Made by a program: the position numbers and the translations under genes. The notes under the pieces were generated by a model. That model saw nothing but the letters and a program-made list of their open reading frames with translations, made no database searches and had not been told where the DNA came from. 64,000 nt of DNA from Candidatus Omnitrophota bacterium (GTDB taxonomy: Bacteria; Omnitrophota; Gorgyraeia; Zapsychrales; Zapsychraceae): contig JAHJCZ010000028.1 in the NCBI GenBank assembly GCA_018812705.1, positions 11,092 to 75,091 on the forward strand, in the 5' to 3' direction. Every line of letters starts with the position of its first letter. Position 1 is the stretch's first letter. Of the stretch, positions 1-9,517 are shown one piece after another.

Positions 1-1219
1 TTATAGGTATAGTAGTATTTCGTTCTATTAGTTTTGTACATACACTACCCAAGGTTTCAATGCCCAAAGAAAGTGGAGTAACGTCTAAAAGAAGAACTTC
101 TTTTGCCTCCCCTTTGATAATTCCAGACTGAACAGCTGCCCCTAAAGCAACGCATTCCATAGGATCAATTCCTCTTTCAATTTTTTGTCCAACTTCTTTC
201 TCGACGAACTCTTGAACGATAGGCATACGAGTTGGTCCTCCGACAAGAATGACCTTATCAACGTTTACATCTTCGCCTAGCTTTGCAGTAGCATCCTTCA
301 TAGCCTGAATGATCGGGCCACGACATCTATCAACAACTGAAGAAACCAAACTTTCTAATTTTGATCTCTCGATCTTTAAGGTCATATGTTTTGGGCCTGA
401 TGCATCAGCTGAAATAAAAGGTAAATTAATTTCAGTTTCTATCGTGCTTGATAGCTCAACCTTTGCTTTCTCCGCAGCTTCTCTTAATCTCTGAAAAGCC
501 ATCTTATCATTAGTAAGATCAATTCCTGACTCTTTCTTGAATTCCCCGACGATATATTCAATAAGAATATTATCCATATCCGTTCCACCAAGATAATTAT
601 CACCGCTTGTAGATAGCACCTCGAATGTTGCCGCCTTATGTTCATCATCCCATCCCATTTCAAGAATAGTAACATCCAGTGTTCCACCACCAAAATCAAA
701 GACCATTATTTTCTGCTCTTTACCAGCTTTATCTAAACCATAAGCTAAACAAGCAGCTGTCGGCTCATTGATAATTCTCAAAACTTTTAAACCGGCGATC
801 TCTCCAGCATCTTTTGTGGCTTGTCTCTGGTTATCATTAAAATAAGCTGGGACCGTAATAACAGCCTCATCAACTGTTTCACCCAAGTAGTTTTCAGCGT
901 CTGTTTTGATCTTTTGTAAAATAAAAGCGCTGATCTGCTGCGGAGTGAATTCTTTACCAAATACTTTGAATTTTTCATTTGTTCCCATTTTACGCTTTGC
1001 TGCATAAATTGTTCCTTCTGGATTGACAGGCGCTTGTCTTTTTGCAGGCTCTCCAACAAGCTTTTGTCCATCTTTTGTAAATGCAACAAATGATGGGAAT
1101 GCTTTTCCTGATGCAACCCCTGCTCCTTCAGCAGATGGTAAGATCATCGGTCTCCCGCCTTCCATTACCGATGCTGCTGAGTTTGATGTTCCCAAATCTA
1201 TTCCTATTGCTTTTGCCAT
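1..1219 (-). CDS. dnaK: Molecular chaperone DnaK (Hsp70), 3' part beyond window edge
   Basis: Not in the ORF track because it has no stop in the window. My translation from ATG at 1219 gives [51 protein letters not shown]..., [47 protein letters not shown] lies at 1225-1230; gene is downstream of grpE. Confidence 0.98.
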   Translation of the reverse strand, partial: MAKAIGIDLGTSNSAASVMEGGRPMILPSAEGAGVASGKAFPSFVAFTKDGQKLVGEPAKRQAPVNPEGTIYAAKRKMGTNEKFKVFGKEFTPQQISAFILQKIKTDAENYLGETVDEAVITVPAYFNDNQRQATKDAGEIAGLKVLRIINEPTAACLAYGLDKAGKEQKIMVFDFGGGTLDVTILEMGWDDEHKAATFEVLSTSGDNYLGGTDMDNILIEYIVGEFKKESGIDLTNDKMAFQRLREAAEKAKVELSSTIETEINLPFISADASGPKHMTLKIERSKLESLVSSVVDRCRGPIIQAMKDATAKLGEDVNVDKVILVGGPTRMPIVQEFVEKEVGQKIERGIDPMECVALGAAVQSGIIKGEAKEVLLLDVTPLSLGIETLGSVCTKLIERNTTIPI

Positions 1220-1272
1220 TTTTCCCTCCCTTAAATATTCTTTTAAATCTTTTATTTTATTGTTAACAAAAT

Positions 1273-1944
1273 TTATTCAGCTATTTCTTCAGGACTGCTT
1301 TCAACATCAATTACATATTCTTTTACCTCTTCTGTTTCTTTTGTTTCTTTTTTCTTGGATAACTTAACTTTTGCAGTTCGAACAATTCTATCCTGTAAAG
1401 AATATCCTTTTTGAAATTCTTCCAAAACGATTCCTTCATCAACCTCATCAGTTTCTTCCTGCAATAAAGCCTCGTGACAATGAGGGTCAAAAGCTTTACC
1501 TTTTGCGTCAATTGGCTTTACACCATTCTTCTTAAGCATTTCATAGATCTGCTTCATTACCATTTCAACGCCTTTTTCAAAAGCATCATAATCCTGATGT
1601 TTAGCTTTAGCAGCAGCAATAGTTCTTTCAAGATTGTCTAAAATCTCTAAAAATTCTGCTATCAAGCCAACGTTTGCATATTTTGCAAACTCCATCTTGT
1701 CCCGTTCCATGCGCTTTCTTACATTCTCAAATTCAGCGTAAAGCCGCAGATGCTTATCTTTATATTCGGCGATTTCATTTTCAAGTCTTTTATACTCAGA
1801 TTCTTTGACTTTTATCATTATATCTTTTTTATGCTTAGCTTTAACATCGCTATCCATATTAGCTTTTTCTTCAAAAATTTTATCTTCTTCCATTTTTCCC
1901 TGATCAGCATCTTCTATATTGTCGTTTGTTATATTTTTTTCCAT
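1273..1944 (-). CDS. grpE: Nucleotide exchange factor GrpE
   Basis: [26 protein letters not shown] and [16 protein letters not shown] motifs; lies between hrcA and dnaK. Start moved from 1974 to ATG 1944 to avoid overlapping hrcA. Confidence 0.96.
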   Translation of the reverse strand: MEKNITNDNIEDADQGKMEEDKIFEEKANMDSDVKAKHKKDIMIKVKESEYKRLENEIAEYKDKHLRLYAEFENVRKRMERDKMEFAKYANVGLIAEFLEILDNLERTIAAAKAKHQDYDAFEKGVEMVMKQIYEMLKKNGVKPIDAKGKAFDPHCHEALLQEETDEVDEGIVLEEFQKGYSLQDRIVRTAKVKLSKKKETKETEEVKEYVIDVESSPEEIAE

Positions 1945-1957
1945 AATTAACTCTTTT

Positions 1958-2695
1958 TTAATAAATTTCTTCAATCAGCGATGAAAAATAATCGATTGCT
2001 GAAACAACCCTCTCATAGTTCATCCTAGTTGGCCCTAAAACTGCAATTCTACCGGAAGGCCCTTTTTTAGTTTTATATTCTGAGATCACTAAAGAACAAC
2101 TGTTCATTTGAGCACAAGCCATCTCATTGCCTATAAAAATATCTATCCTTTTTTCCAAGTGACGGTTAATGATCTCAAGCAATCTTTCTTTTTCATCTAA
2201 TGCTGCTAATATCTCTTCTATTTTCTGAATATCAGTGTAATCCAAATATCTAACAATATAACTTGTACCCCTACAAAATAGCTTCTTATCCCAACCATCA
2301 ACTGAGATCATGCTTGTATAATGTGTCGTTTCAGATATTGATTTGGACAAATTATCAAATAGCTCTTCTAATTCAAGTTTTTGCTTCTTATATTCTATCT
2401 TGATCCTTGTAGTTTCTTCTTCAAGAAGCTGTATCTCGTTCATTAAGTTATCAACATAATAGCGATAACCTTTTTGAGTAGGAATTCTTCCAGCCGATGT
2501 GTGAGGATGGGTTAAATAACCTTCATGCTCTAACTCCGCTAAAATATTTCTTATAGTCGCAGAACTCAACCCATACAGATGTTCTTTAACAATAAATGAT
2601 GAGCTTACTGGAGCCACAGTTGAAATATATCTGCCAACTGTAATAGCCAATATACTGTCTTTCCTTGCTTTAATCTCTTTTTGTTTTGTGTTCAT
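1958..2695 (-). CDS. hrcA: Heat-inducible transcription repressor HrcA (short, 245 aa)
   Basis: SSATIRN, PHTSAGRIPT, GYRYYVD and GPTRMNY motifs; CIRCE immediately upstream. Confidence 0.96.
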   Translation of the reverse strand: MNTKQKEIKARKDSILAITVGRYISTVAPVSSSFIVKEHLYGLSSATIRNILAELEHEGYLTHPHTSAGRIPTQKGYRYYVDNLMNEIQLLEEETTRIKIEYKKQKLELEELFDNLSKSISETTHYTSMISVDGWDKKLFCRGTSYIVRYLDYTDIQKIEEILAALDEKERLLEIINRHLEKRIDIFIGNEMACAQMNSCSLVISEYKTKKGPSGRIAVLGPTRMNYERVVSAIDYFSSLIEEIY

Positions 2696-2757
2696 TTTTA
2701 AATTCAGTACAATTACTTATCCTAGTTAATAGGAAATACTTGCCATCCTGATAAATT

Positions 2758-2784
2758 TTAGCACTCTCGTAGGGTGAATGCTAA
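2758..2784. promoter_or_regulatory. CIRCE operator (HrcA binding site)
   Basis: TTAGCACTC-N9(TCGTAGGGT)-GAATGCTAA, one mismatch to the consensus TTAGCACTC-N9-GAGTGCTAA. Sits between the promoter and the hrcA start. Confidence 0.95.
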
Positions 2785-2790
2785 TTCGGT

Positions 2791-2818
2791 ATTATAACAA
2801 AAAAACTTTTGTTGTCAA
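2791..2818 (-). promoter_or_regulatory. Sigma70/sigmaA promoter of hrcA-grpE-dnaK
   Basis: Minus strand reads TTGACA-16 nt-TATAAT with an extended -10 (TGn). The predicted start site abuts the CIRCE. Confidence 0.88.
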
Positions 2819-2896
2819 CTCCGATCTTTAGCATAAATTTAATTTAAAAAGAAAAGGAGTTTTTGGGAGATTTAATAGAGAATGCATCATAAAAAA

Positions 2897-3577
2897 CTAG
2901 CTTTCCTGCAGCTCTTTAGATTTACTTACCAAATATGCCAATTTACCTAAATATTGTTCTATGCTTGAAGGTTCGCTCTTAAGATAATAAATGTTGGGAT
3001 TAGATGCTGCTGATGATGCAAACTCTAAAACAGCGGCCTCTTTATCCATTTTCAACGATACGTAATAATACCCCATTGGGTCTTTATTAATAAATTCACG
3101 AAAAATGTTAGAAGCCTTTTGATCCTGAAGCAATTGTCCTGCTAATAAATAGTCATTAGAATAAACAGTGAAAGAAGCAAATTCCTTAGGAAGTTCAAGA
3201 TCTTTCGATACTTCTCCCTCTTGATCAATCACATCAGAGGCAATAAAGATGTCTGTTTTAACAGTTCTTCTTTTCTGCTTCTCCACAAATTCAAGAACAA
3301 GGCCATCTTCCTTCATTGCTTTTACATATGCTTTATAGAAACTTTCGTTAAGCCCTTTTTCTTCAATATCTTCATAAACATAACTATTCCCATCATAAGT
3401 AAAATCAATTTTGAAACTATTTCCACTACCTTCCATCAGCTCACACTTGCCTTCTAACTGCTTCTCCATTTCCTGAAGATACTTTTCTCTTGTCTTCCTC
3501 TTAATTGGAAACTTCCAAAAATACAAAAGAACTCCACCGATCACAACAAAAATCAAAGTAACATAAAAACTGCTCAT
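2897..3577 (-). CDS. Hypothetical protein with N-terminal membrane anchor
   Basis: 226-aa ORF with hydrophobic N-terminus (YVTLIFVVIGGVLLYFW) and RBS GGGGAGG; no family recognised. Confidence 0.8.
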   Translation of the reverse strand: MSSFYVTLIFVVIGGVLLYFWKFPIKRKTREKYLQEMEKQLEGKCELMEGSGNSFKIDFTYDGNSYVYEDIEEKGLNESFYKAYVKAMKEDGLVLEFVEKQKRRTVKTDIFIASDVIDQEGEVSKDLELPKEFASFTVYSNDYLLAGQLLQDQKASNIFREFINKDPMGYYYVSLKMDKEAAVLEFASSAASNPNIYYLKSEPSSIEQYLGKLAYLVSKSKELQES

Positions 3578-3590
3578 AAAAATCCTCCCC

Positions 3591-4538
3591 TTATTCTTCT
3601 AACAATAATTCCCCATTTATATCATAGCTTATACTCATTGTCTTCTTGCCCTTATCATAGGTCTTTTCATTCTTAAGCTTGCCACCTCGATAATAAGTCT
3701 TGAACATACCATCTCTAACATCATCAACAAATTGACCCAATATCTTTAACTCGCCATTTTCAAAATACTCTTTAAACAAGCCTTGCCTTAATCCTCCGAC
3801 AACATTCACTTCTCTTGCAAGCTCTCCTGTCTTATAATATTCCTTGATCACAGCATTCTTAATCTTACCTTCTTCAATAATGCTCTCACTTTTAAGCTCA
3901 CCAGTACTATAATATTCTTTTATAGTTCCTGAAGGAACTCCATTGTATGCCTCAAATGCTTTAACAACTCTTCCCTGTTCATCAAATTCCCTGATCAGCC
4001 CTGTCTGAATTCCATTCTTAAAAACCGTTTGTCTCAACAAATAACCATCTTTGGAGTACTCTTTCATTACCCCATCTTCAACGCCCATTTTATATTGCAT
4101 TTCATAATTATATTTCCCGTCCTTATAGAACTCTTTGAAAGTTCCATCACGCTTGCCCTCAAAAAAATACCCCACGCTTTTTGGCGTTCCATCTTCATAA
4201 AAAGATTTTGATGTTCCGTGCAACTTTCCCTTTTTATAATTTACTTCTAATTCAAGAACCCCGTTCGGATAATACCCCCTAGCTTTCTCCTCAAGGTAAT
4301 CATCAACATAAAGGCCCTCCCCCTTTAGCTTGCCGCTCTTATAGAAAGTATTAAAATATCCGTTTAGCTTAGAATCTTTATAGGTTGCTAGACGTTTAAC
4401 CTCTCCTGTGTCAAAGAACTCCTTAAAAACACCATCCTCCATTACTGCAAATGAAAACGTGGAACAAAAAATAAACAATATTGTTAAAATGCCCCTAACA
4501 ATCTTTTTTATAATATTAATGTTCATTTTGAAAACCAT
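3591..4538 (-). CDS. Exported MORN-variant repeat protein (YwqK-like)
   Basis: About 11 repeats of roughly 24 aa of the type G-x-x-K-E-Y-Y-x-x-G-x-L-x-x-E-x-x-Y-K-x-G; signal-peptide-like N-terminus ending SFA. The true start may be ATG 4526. Confidence 0.88.
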   Translation of the reverse strand: MVFKMNINIIKKIVRGILTILFIFCSTFSFAVMEDGVFKEFFDTGEVKRLATYKDSKLNGYFNTFYKSGKLKGEGLYVDDYLEEKARGYYPNGVLELEVNYKKGKLHGTSKSFYEDGTPKSVGYFFEGKRDGTFKEFYKDGKYNYEMQYKMGVEDGVMKEYSKDGYLLRQTVFKNGIQTGLIREFDEQGRVVKAFEAYNGVPSGTIKEYYSTGELKSESIIEEGKIKNAVIKEYYKTGELAREVNVVGGLRQGLFKEYFENGELKILGQFVDDVRDGMFKTYYRGGKLKNEKTYDKGKKTMSISYDINGELLLEE

Positions 4539-4601
4539 TATAGCATCACATATTCAAAAAAATGCAAATTTTATTTCTACAAACTAAGATCCCTTTAACC
4601 T

Positions 4602-5711
4602 TCATAGCTTCAAAAAGATGTCAAATAAGGCATCAGCTATCATCCTATGGACCAAAACACTAGCATGAGGATCATGTTCATTTACAATACGCTTTTTCAA
4701 TGGAAGGTCCTTAACTAGCTCACCTACATCAACAACAGGAATTTTGTAAAACTGAAAATAGCTTTTAACAATATCTATATATTTCTTACTACCCTCAATG
4801 TCGTTTAAAAAAGGGACAACAATAACAATTAAATCGATCTTATGGTCCTTCGCAAATAATCTCAAAAGAGATAATTCATTCAAATGATCTTTTAAGACTT
4901 CACCATCTTTATAACAATCATATAAAGACGCAGAATATTTATTTTGCTCTGCATGTGGGAATTCCCAATAAATATAATCAAGGAAATATGAATTCTTAAC
5001 AAAATATCTCAAGAAAGGACTCATGTCCGAATACAATGGTCTTTTGTAAACAGATTTCCTTTCCCCAGAACAAACTTCCTCAATATCGTTCATAAAATAC
5101 TGTAATATTATTCCTTTAGGTTTTGTTGGAAAATTCAATAACATTGCTAATTCCGTACTACTATTAGCACCATTATTTCCAAAATTAAACACCGAAAAAC
5201 TCTCCGGCAATTTTTTCGCAATAATATCAGAAAATCTATCTTTTGGGTCCTTGATACCGTACCCAGCAGTAAACGAATCCCCTAAAACAAATATCGCTTG
5301 TTTATTCTTAAATCTGTCTTCAGAGTATGGGATATCTCTTGCCCCGGACTGATTTATGGGTTTCCAATAATAATCACTCCATCTCTGCGCTGCTAAACTA
5401 GCTCCTGACCTATGGCTTCTTGGAATAAAAAGGAAAATAGATTCAAAAAGCAGGAAGAAAAACAACAAAGAAAAAATTAAAGACAAAAAGTTCTTTAAAT
5501 GAACATTCTTCAATTGACCCTTAATAACCGCACTATAAAAAATTGCCAACAAAACAAAGATATTCACGAATATCAAGACTAGCTTAATAACTATTTTCAT
5601 TTGCCAAGATACTTGGATACATTGAGCTGTTGTTGTTGCCAACAAAAACCATAACAATAAAAGCTGTGTTGCGAATAAAAATAATAATTTAATTATATTC
5701 TTTTTCAACAT
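4602..5711 (-). CDS. Membrane-anchored SGNH/GDSL hydrolase family protein
   Basis: Block I LGDSFT, block II GNNG, block III FMND, block V DPH; about three N-terminal hydrophobic segments. Confidence 0.85.
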   Translation of the reverse strand: MLKKNIIKLLFLFATQLLLLWFLLATTTAQCIQVSWQMKIVIKLVLIFVNIFVLLAIFYSAVIKGQLKNVHLKNFLSLIFSLLFFFLLFESIFLFIPRSHRSGASLAAQRWSDYYWKPINQSGARDIPYSEDRFKNKQAIFVLGDSFTAGYGIKDPKDRFSDIIAKKLPESFSVFNFGNNGANSSTELAMLLNFPTKPKGIILQYFMNDIEEVCSGERKSVYKRPLYSDMSPFLRYFVKNSYFLDYIYWEFPHAEQNKYSASLYDCYKDGEVLKDHLNELSLLRLFAKDHKIDLIVIVVPFLNDIEGSKKYIDIVKSYFQFYKIPVVDVGELVKDLPLKKRIVNEHDPHASVLVHRMIADALFDIFLKL

Positions 5712-5738
5712 AACCTATGGCTCTCTTTAGGCGAATAT

Positions 5739-7019
5739 CTATTTCAAATAAAACTTGCCAACAAGGCTTGAGGGCATTGCTGCTCTAATATTTATCCTGT
5801 CATTATAATACTTAATTGAATAAACTTGACCTTCATCATGGGCAATATTCACTAGGTCCATTCTATTAATAGGCACATCAACATCAATTTCAACAAACAA
5901 GGCTGCTAGTTCTTTTCTGATAACTTCAAGCAATTCATCGATATTTTCTTCATTCCTCGCAGATATACAAACAGCCCTCTGATAATTCCCTTTTAAAGAA
6001 TCTAACCCTTCCAGATCGGCAAGTTTATCGATCTTATTTAAAACAACTATTGTCGGCTTATTCTTAGACTCCAGTTCTTCCAGAACATTTTCCACTGCCT
6101 CATAGCGATGTCTGAAATTCTCATGGCTCACGTCAACCACGTGCAACAAAAGATCTGCCTCTTTAACCTCTTCTAATGTTGCCTTAAAAGACTCGATCAA
6201 ATGATGAGGCAACTCATGCATAAAGCCAACAGTATCAGATAAAATAACTTTTTGATTGTTTGTTAGCACTAATTGCCTGCTTAAAGAATCAAGCGTTGTA
6301 AACAATCCATCTCGCGTGATCTGTTGAGAGCCCGTCATGACATTCAGCAGCGTTGACTTCCCTGCATTTGTATAACCAACTAATGAAATAGCCGGCGATC
6401 CTTTATCTTTTCGTTTTTTTCTTTTTAGAGACCTGTCTGAAACAACGCTCATCAGGTTCTTTTTTAACCTATTGATCCTTTCAGAAATACGCCTTTTATC
6501 AACCTCAAGCTTTGTTTCTCCTGGGCCTAAAGTTCCTATGCCACCTCCCAATCTTGAAAGCTCAACACCCTTACCAGTTAATCTTGGCAACAAATATTCT
6601 AATTGCGCCAACTCAACCTGCATTTTTCCTTCTTTACTCGTAGCTCTTCGTGCAAAAATATCAAGTATTAACTGTGTACGGTCTATCGTTTTAATCTTTA
6701 TCTCATTCTCAAGATTTCTCTTCTGGCTTCCTTTTAGATCATCACTGAAAATAACGGTGTCAACATCTTTCACTCCGCATAATCCTACAATTTCTTCAAC
6801 TTTACCCTCGCCAATAAGATAACGTGCCGACGGGCCATCCAACTTACATATCATACTGTCAACAACTACTCCTCCGCAAGCAACCACCAAGTCATTCATC
6901 TCTTCTAAAGTTTCTTCAACAGACCAGCAGTCCAATCCCTTTCTGACATTCTTATAGTCAACTATTACAAGGAACACTTTTTCTTTTTGCTGATCTTTCA
7001 CAAATTCACTGTTTTTCAT
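5739..7019 (-). CDS. hflX: GTPase HflX
   Basis: DRTQLILDIF, QVELAQL, GPGETKLE, GYTNAGKST, DTVGF and NKID motifs. Confidence 0.97.
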   Translation of the reverse strand: MKNSEFVKDQQKEKVFLVIVDYKNVRKGLDCWSVEETLEEMNDLVVACGGVVVDSMICKLDGPSARYLIGEGKVEEIVGLCGVKDVDTVIFSDDLKGSQKRNLENEIKIKTIDRTQLILDIFARRATSKEGKMQVELAQLEYLLPRLTGKGVELSRLGGGIGTLGPGETKLEVDKRRISERINRLKKNLMSVVSDRSLKRKKRKDKGSPAISLVGYTNAGKSTLLNVMTGSQQITRDGLFTTLDSLSRQLVLTNNQKVILSDTVGFMHELPHHLIESFKATLEEVKEADLLLHVVDVSHENFRHRYEAVENVLEELESKNKPTIVVLNKIDKLADLEGLDSLKGNYQRAVCISARNEENIDELLEVIRKELAALFVEIDVDVPINRMDLVNIAHDEGQVYSIKYYNDRINIRAAMPSSLVGKFYLK

Positions 7020-7029
7020 TTATCTAGTA

Positions 7030-7806
7030 TTAGAACCTTTCTTCCGTTAATGTTATATAATCCTTGAATTCAAGTTTTCCATTAATTTCTTGATTAACAA
7101 TTGCGATTCTTTTTGAAGGATTCGGATGTGTTTTCCAGTAATTGATCTGCTTTAAAGGAGCTTTTTCATGATCCTTTTTAATTTTATTTAAAAATACCAC
7201 CATCTCTCTTGGATCATATCCGGCTTTTTTCATATACTTAACGCTCAACTTATCTGCTAAAAACTCGTCATCCTGAGAATAAGCAACAAACAATGAATTA
7301 ATAGCAAGATTTACTCCTCCAGATACTTCCCCAGCCGTTTGAACTGCCAACAACTGAAGCATCAAAGCGCCATAAACATTTTGCAGTCTTTTAATACTGT
7401 GTTTTGCAGTAATATGTCCTACCTCATGAGCAATAACACCAGCTAACTGATCATCATTATCAACACTGTCATATAAACCTTTGAAAATATATACATAGCC
7501 GCCTGGTAAACTTATTGCATTAAGATCTTCACCTTCAAGAACTTTAATGAAGTATTTCAGGTTCTTCCTGTCACAAACGCCAACGATTCTATCAAGAATA
7601 CCCTCAACTCTTTCATTAACATCTACATCTTCAATAACATCGTATTCATTTTCAATTTTAATAGCAACAGAATCCCCTATACGGATCTCTTTATCCGTAT
7701 CATAAAGAATGACTTCCTGTTTTTTTGTAACAACATTATACTCTGTCACACAACCCAACAGGCAAATCAATACTAATAAATTAAGAATATTGAAAATATA
7801 ACGCAT
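7030..7806 (-). CDS. M48 family zinc metallopeptidase, probable lipoprotein
   Basis: NAISLPGG, HEVGH, EFLAD and THP motifs; lipobox LLGC. Confidence 0.9.
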   Translation of the reverse strand: MRYIFNILNLLVLICLLGCVTEYNVVTKKQEVILYDTDKEIRIGDSVAIKIENEYDVIEDVDVNERVEGILDRIVGVCDRKNLKYFIKVLEGEDLNAISLPGGYVYIFKGLYDSVDNDDQLAGVIAHEVGHITAKHSIKRLQNVYGALMLQLLAVQTAGEVSGGVNLAINSLFVAYSQDDEFLADKLSVKYMKKAGYDPREMVVFLNKIKKDHEKAPLKQINYWKTHPNPSKRIAIVNQEINGKLEFKDYITLTEERF

Positions 7807-7822
7807 TTCGAATTAATTGCTT

Positions 7823-8401
7823 TTACAGAATGGAAACACCGACTTTTTTAAGCATCTTTGCCAGCTTGGCTATCGGCAAACCAATGACATTCCAATAACA
7901 ACCTTCTATCCGACGAATAAAAATACTACCCCAGCCTTCAATATCAAACCCTCCGGCCTTATCTAAAGGAGAAACTTTCACATGATAACGATCGATCTCA
8001 GAATCAGAAAGTGAGTTCATATAGATCTTCGTCTTTTCATAATCAACAATTTCCTTACCAGTATCAACATCAATAACAGCAACACCTGTATAAACCCAAT
8101 GTGGCTTTGAAAAAAGTGTTTTCAAATTATTCTTTGCTTCCTTCAAATTTCGCGGTTTACCAATTATTTTTTTATTGCCGATATATACAACTGAATCAGC
8201 GCCAATAACAATACCATGCTTCTCTTTAGCAGCAACACTTCTGGCTTTGACCAAGGCATTTTCCTTAACCAAAACAGAACACGTGGTTTTGATCTTTTGA
8301 CTTTCAGGGGAATGACTGAGACTGACTCTAAAACTAATACCCAACATCGTTAAGAGTTTTTTTCTTTGAGCTGAACCAGATGCAAGAATTATTTTTTTCA
8401 T
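7823..8401 (-). CDS. maf: Maf family nucleoside triphosphate pyrophosphatase
   Basis: ILASGS..R, NALVKA, IGAD, IIGKP, DKAGGF and NVIGLP motifs. Confidence 0.94.
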   Translation of the reverse strand: MKKIILASGSAQRKKLLTMLGISFRVSLSHSPESQKIKTTCSVLVKENALVKARSVAAKEKHGIVIGADSVVYIGNKKIIGKPRNLKEAKNNLKTLFSKPHWVYTGVAVIDVDTGKEIVDYEKTKIYMNSLSDSEIDRYHVKVSPLDKAGGFDIEGWGSIFIRRIEGCYWNVIGLPIAKLAKMLKKVGVSIL

Positions 8402-8955
8402 TTCTTATGTATTTCTGAAATATCAAATAATGAAATAAGCTCACATCCTCTTTGGGCAAGAGCTTCTTTAGCCCCTTCATTTCTATCCACAATACAAATA
8501 GCTTTCTTCACTGGAATTTCCATTTTATCTAACACATCCAATGATTCCAAAAATGCTTTGCCTGTAGTTGCGACATCATCAATTAAAACAATTTTGCTAT
8601 CCTTAGATAAAAGAGGCCCTTCGATCTGCTGCTGTTTGCCATGAGCTTTCGGAGCTTTTCTAATGATAAAAGTATTAACAGGCTTGCCTTGTTGATAACT
8701 TAAAACACCGATAGCTCCAACCATAGGGTCAGCCCCTAAAGTAGGACCTCCGATTGCATCAAGATCATCATATTTCACAATATCTAAAATTAACTTTGCA
8801 CAAAAATATACTCCTTCGGGATTTAAAGTCACTAACCTCGCATCAATATAATAATCGCTCTCTTTTCCGGAAGACAGAATGATCTTTTCCCTGAAATAAG
8901 CATCCCTCGTAATAATATCTAATAATTTTTCTCTACATTCCTGCACGTCACTCAT
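8398..8955 (-). CDS. pyrE: Orotate phosphoribosyltransferase
   Basis: LSSGKESDYYID, RKAPKAHG and PRPP motif LIDDVATTG; ATGA overlap with maf. Confidence 0.96.
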   Translation of the reverse strand: MSDVQECREKLLDIITRDAYFREKIILSSGKESDYYIDARLVTLNPEGVYFCAKLILDIVKYDDLDAIGGPTLGADPMVGAIGVLSYQQGKPVNTFIIRKAPKAHGKQQQIEGPLLSKDSKIVLIDDVATTGKAFLESLDVLDKMEIPVKKAICIVDRNEGAKEALAQRGCELISLFDISEIHKK

Positions 8956-8981
8956 TTATCCTACTCCTAACATTTTAATAT

Positions 8982-9030
8982 TGGGACAAGCACCCTAGAT
9001 AAAATTACTGTTCTAAATGCCCCGATCCTA
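8982..9030. repeat. Degenerate GGGACA-type palindrome / hairpin upstream of pyrE
   Basis: TGGGACAAGCACCCTAGA...TCTAAATGCCCCGATCCTA forms an imperfect stem, with G-U pairs on the minus-strand RNA. The left end resembles the elements at 18067 and 45282. Confidence 0.35.
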
Positions 9031-9060
9031 CGTTTATAATAAGTTTATTTCTCCGTCGAT

Positions 9061-9366
9061 CTACTTTATCCATTCATCAATAGGAGAAGCTTCAATTTTC
9101 CTCTCAAGCATTTCTTGCCTTAACCTGATCACCATGCCTAGAAGCTCTTTATATTGCTGATACTCCTTTGGGGCAAAGCCTGATCTTTGATGAAATGTCT
9201 CACTGGCTTTTTTTTCTATCATCACGTCAACGTACACATCTTGTATCTGGCTATCCTTCAAATTCTTGATCTCTTCTTTTGTCAAGATCTTGACTTGATA
9301 AATAAAAGCAAATACAGGAGAACATACTAAAACAAACAGGCACAGTAATACAATTATTTTTTTCAT
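9061..9366 (-). CDS. Small exported hypothetical protein
   Basis: 101 aa with a classical signal peptide (MKKIIVLLCLFVLVCSPVFA); first gene after a consensus-like promoter. Confidence 0.82.
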   Translation of the reverse strand: MKKIIVLLCLFVLVCSPVFAFIYQVKILTKEEIKNLKDSQIQDVYVDVMIEKKASETFHQRSGFAPKEYQQYKELLGMVIRLRQEMLERKIEASPIDEWIK

Positions 9367-9389
9367 ATATCCATTCCTTTTTGATTTTC

Positions 9390-9418
9390 ATTATACAGAG
9401 TTAGAATATTCGATTCAA
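9390..9418 (-). promoter_or_regulatory. Sigma70-like promoter for the hypothetical-pyrE-maf-M48-hflX unit
   Basis: TTGAAT-17 nt-TATAAT on the minus strand. Confidence 0.7.
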
Positions 9419-9482
9419 TTCTTTTCTAAGCTTATTACAGCATGATCCTTACAAATATTCGCCTGATCGAAAGTCTAAAAAT

Positions 9483-9511
9483 TTGACATCATATCTTTTA
9501 ATTGCTAATAT
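9483..9511 (+). promoter_or_regulatory. Sigma70-like promoter for comF-lptF-lptG
   Basis: TTGACA (9483-9488), 17 nt, TAATAT (9506-9511) with TG extended -10. Confidence 0.7.
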
Positions 9512-9517
9512 TATTTC

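Noticed and set aside
309-1367. Short ORFs 309-494, 484-699, 787-1116, 1023-1367 and 1081-1266
   Set aside because: These are antisense or off-frame shadows of dnaK/grpE; the real dnaK frame is missing from the track only because it runs off the window.
3591-4538. Toxin-antitoxin interpretation of the YwqK-like protein
   Set aside because: The label comes only from the MORN-variant repeats; no toxin is adjacent and the protein has a signal peptide.
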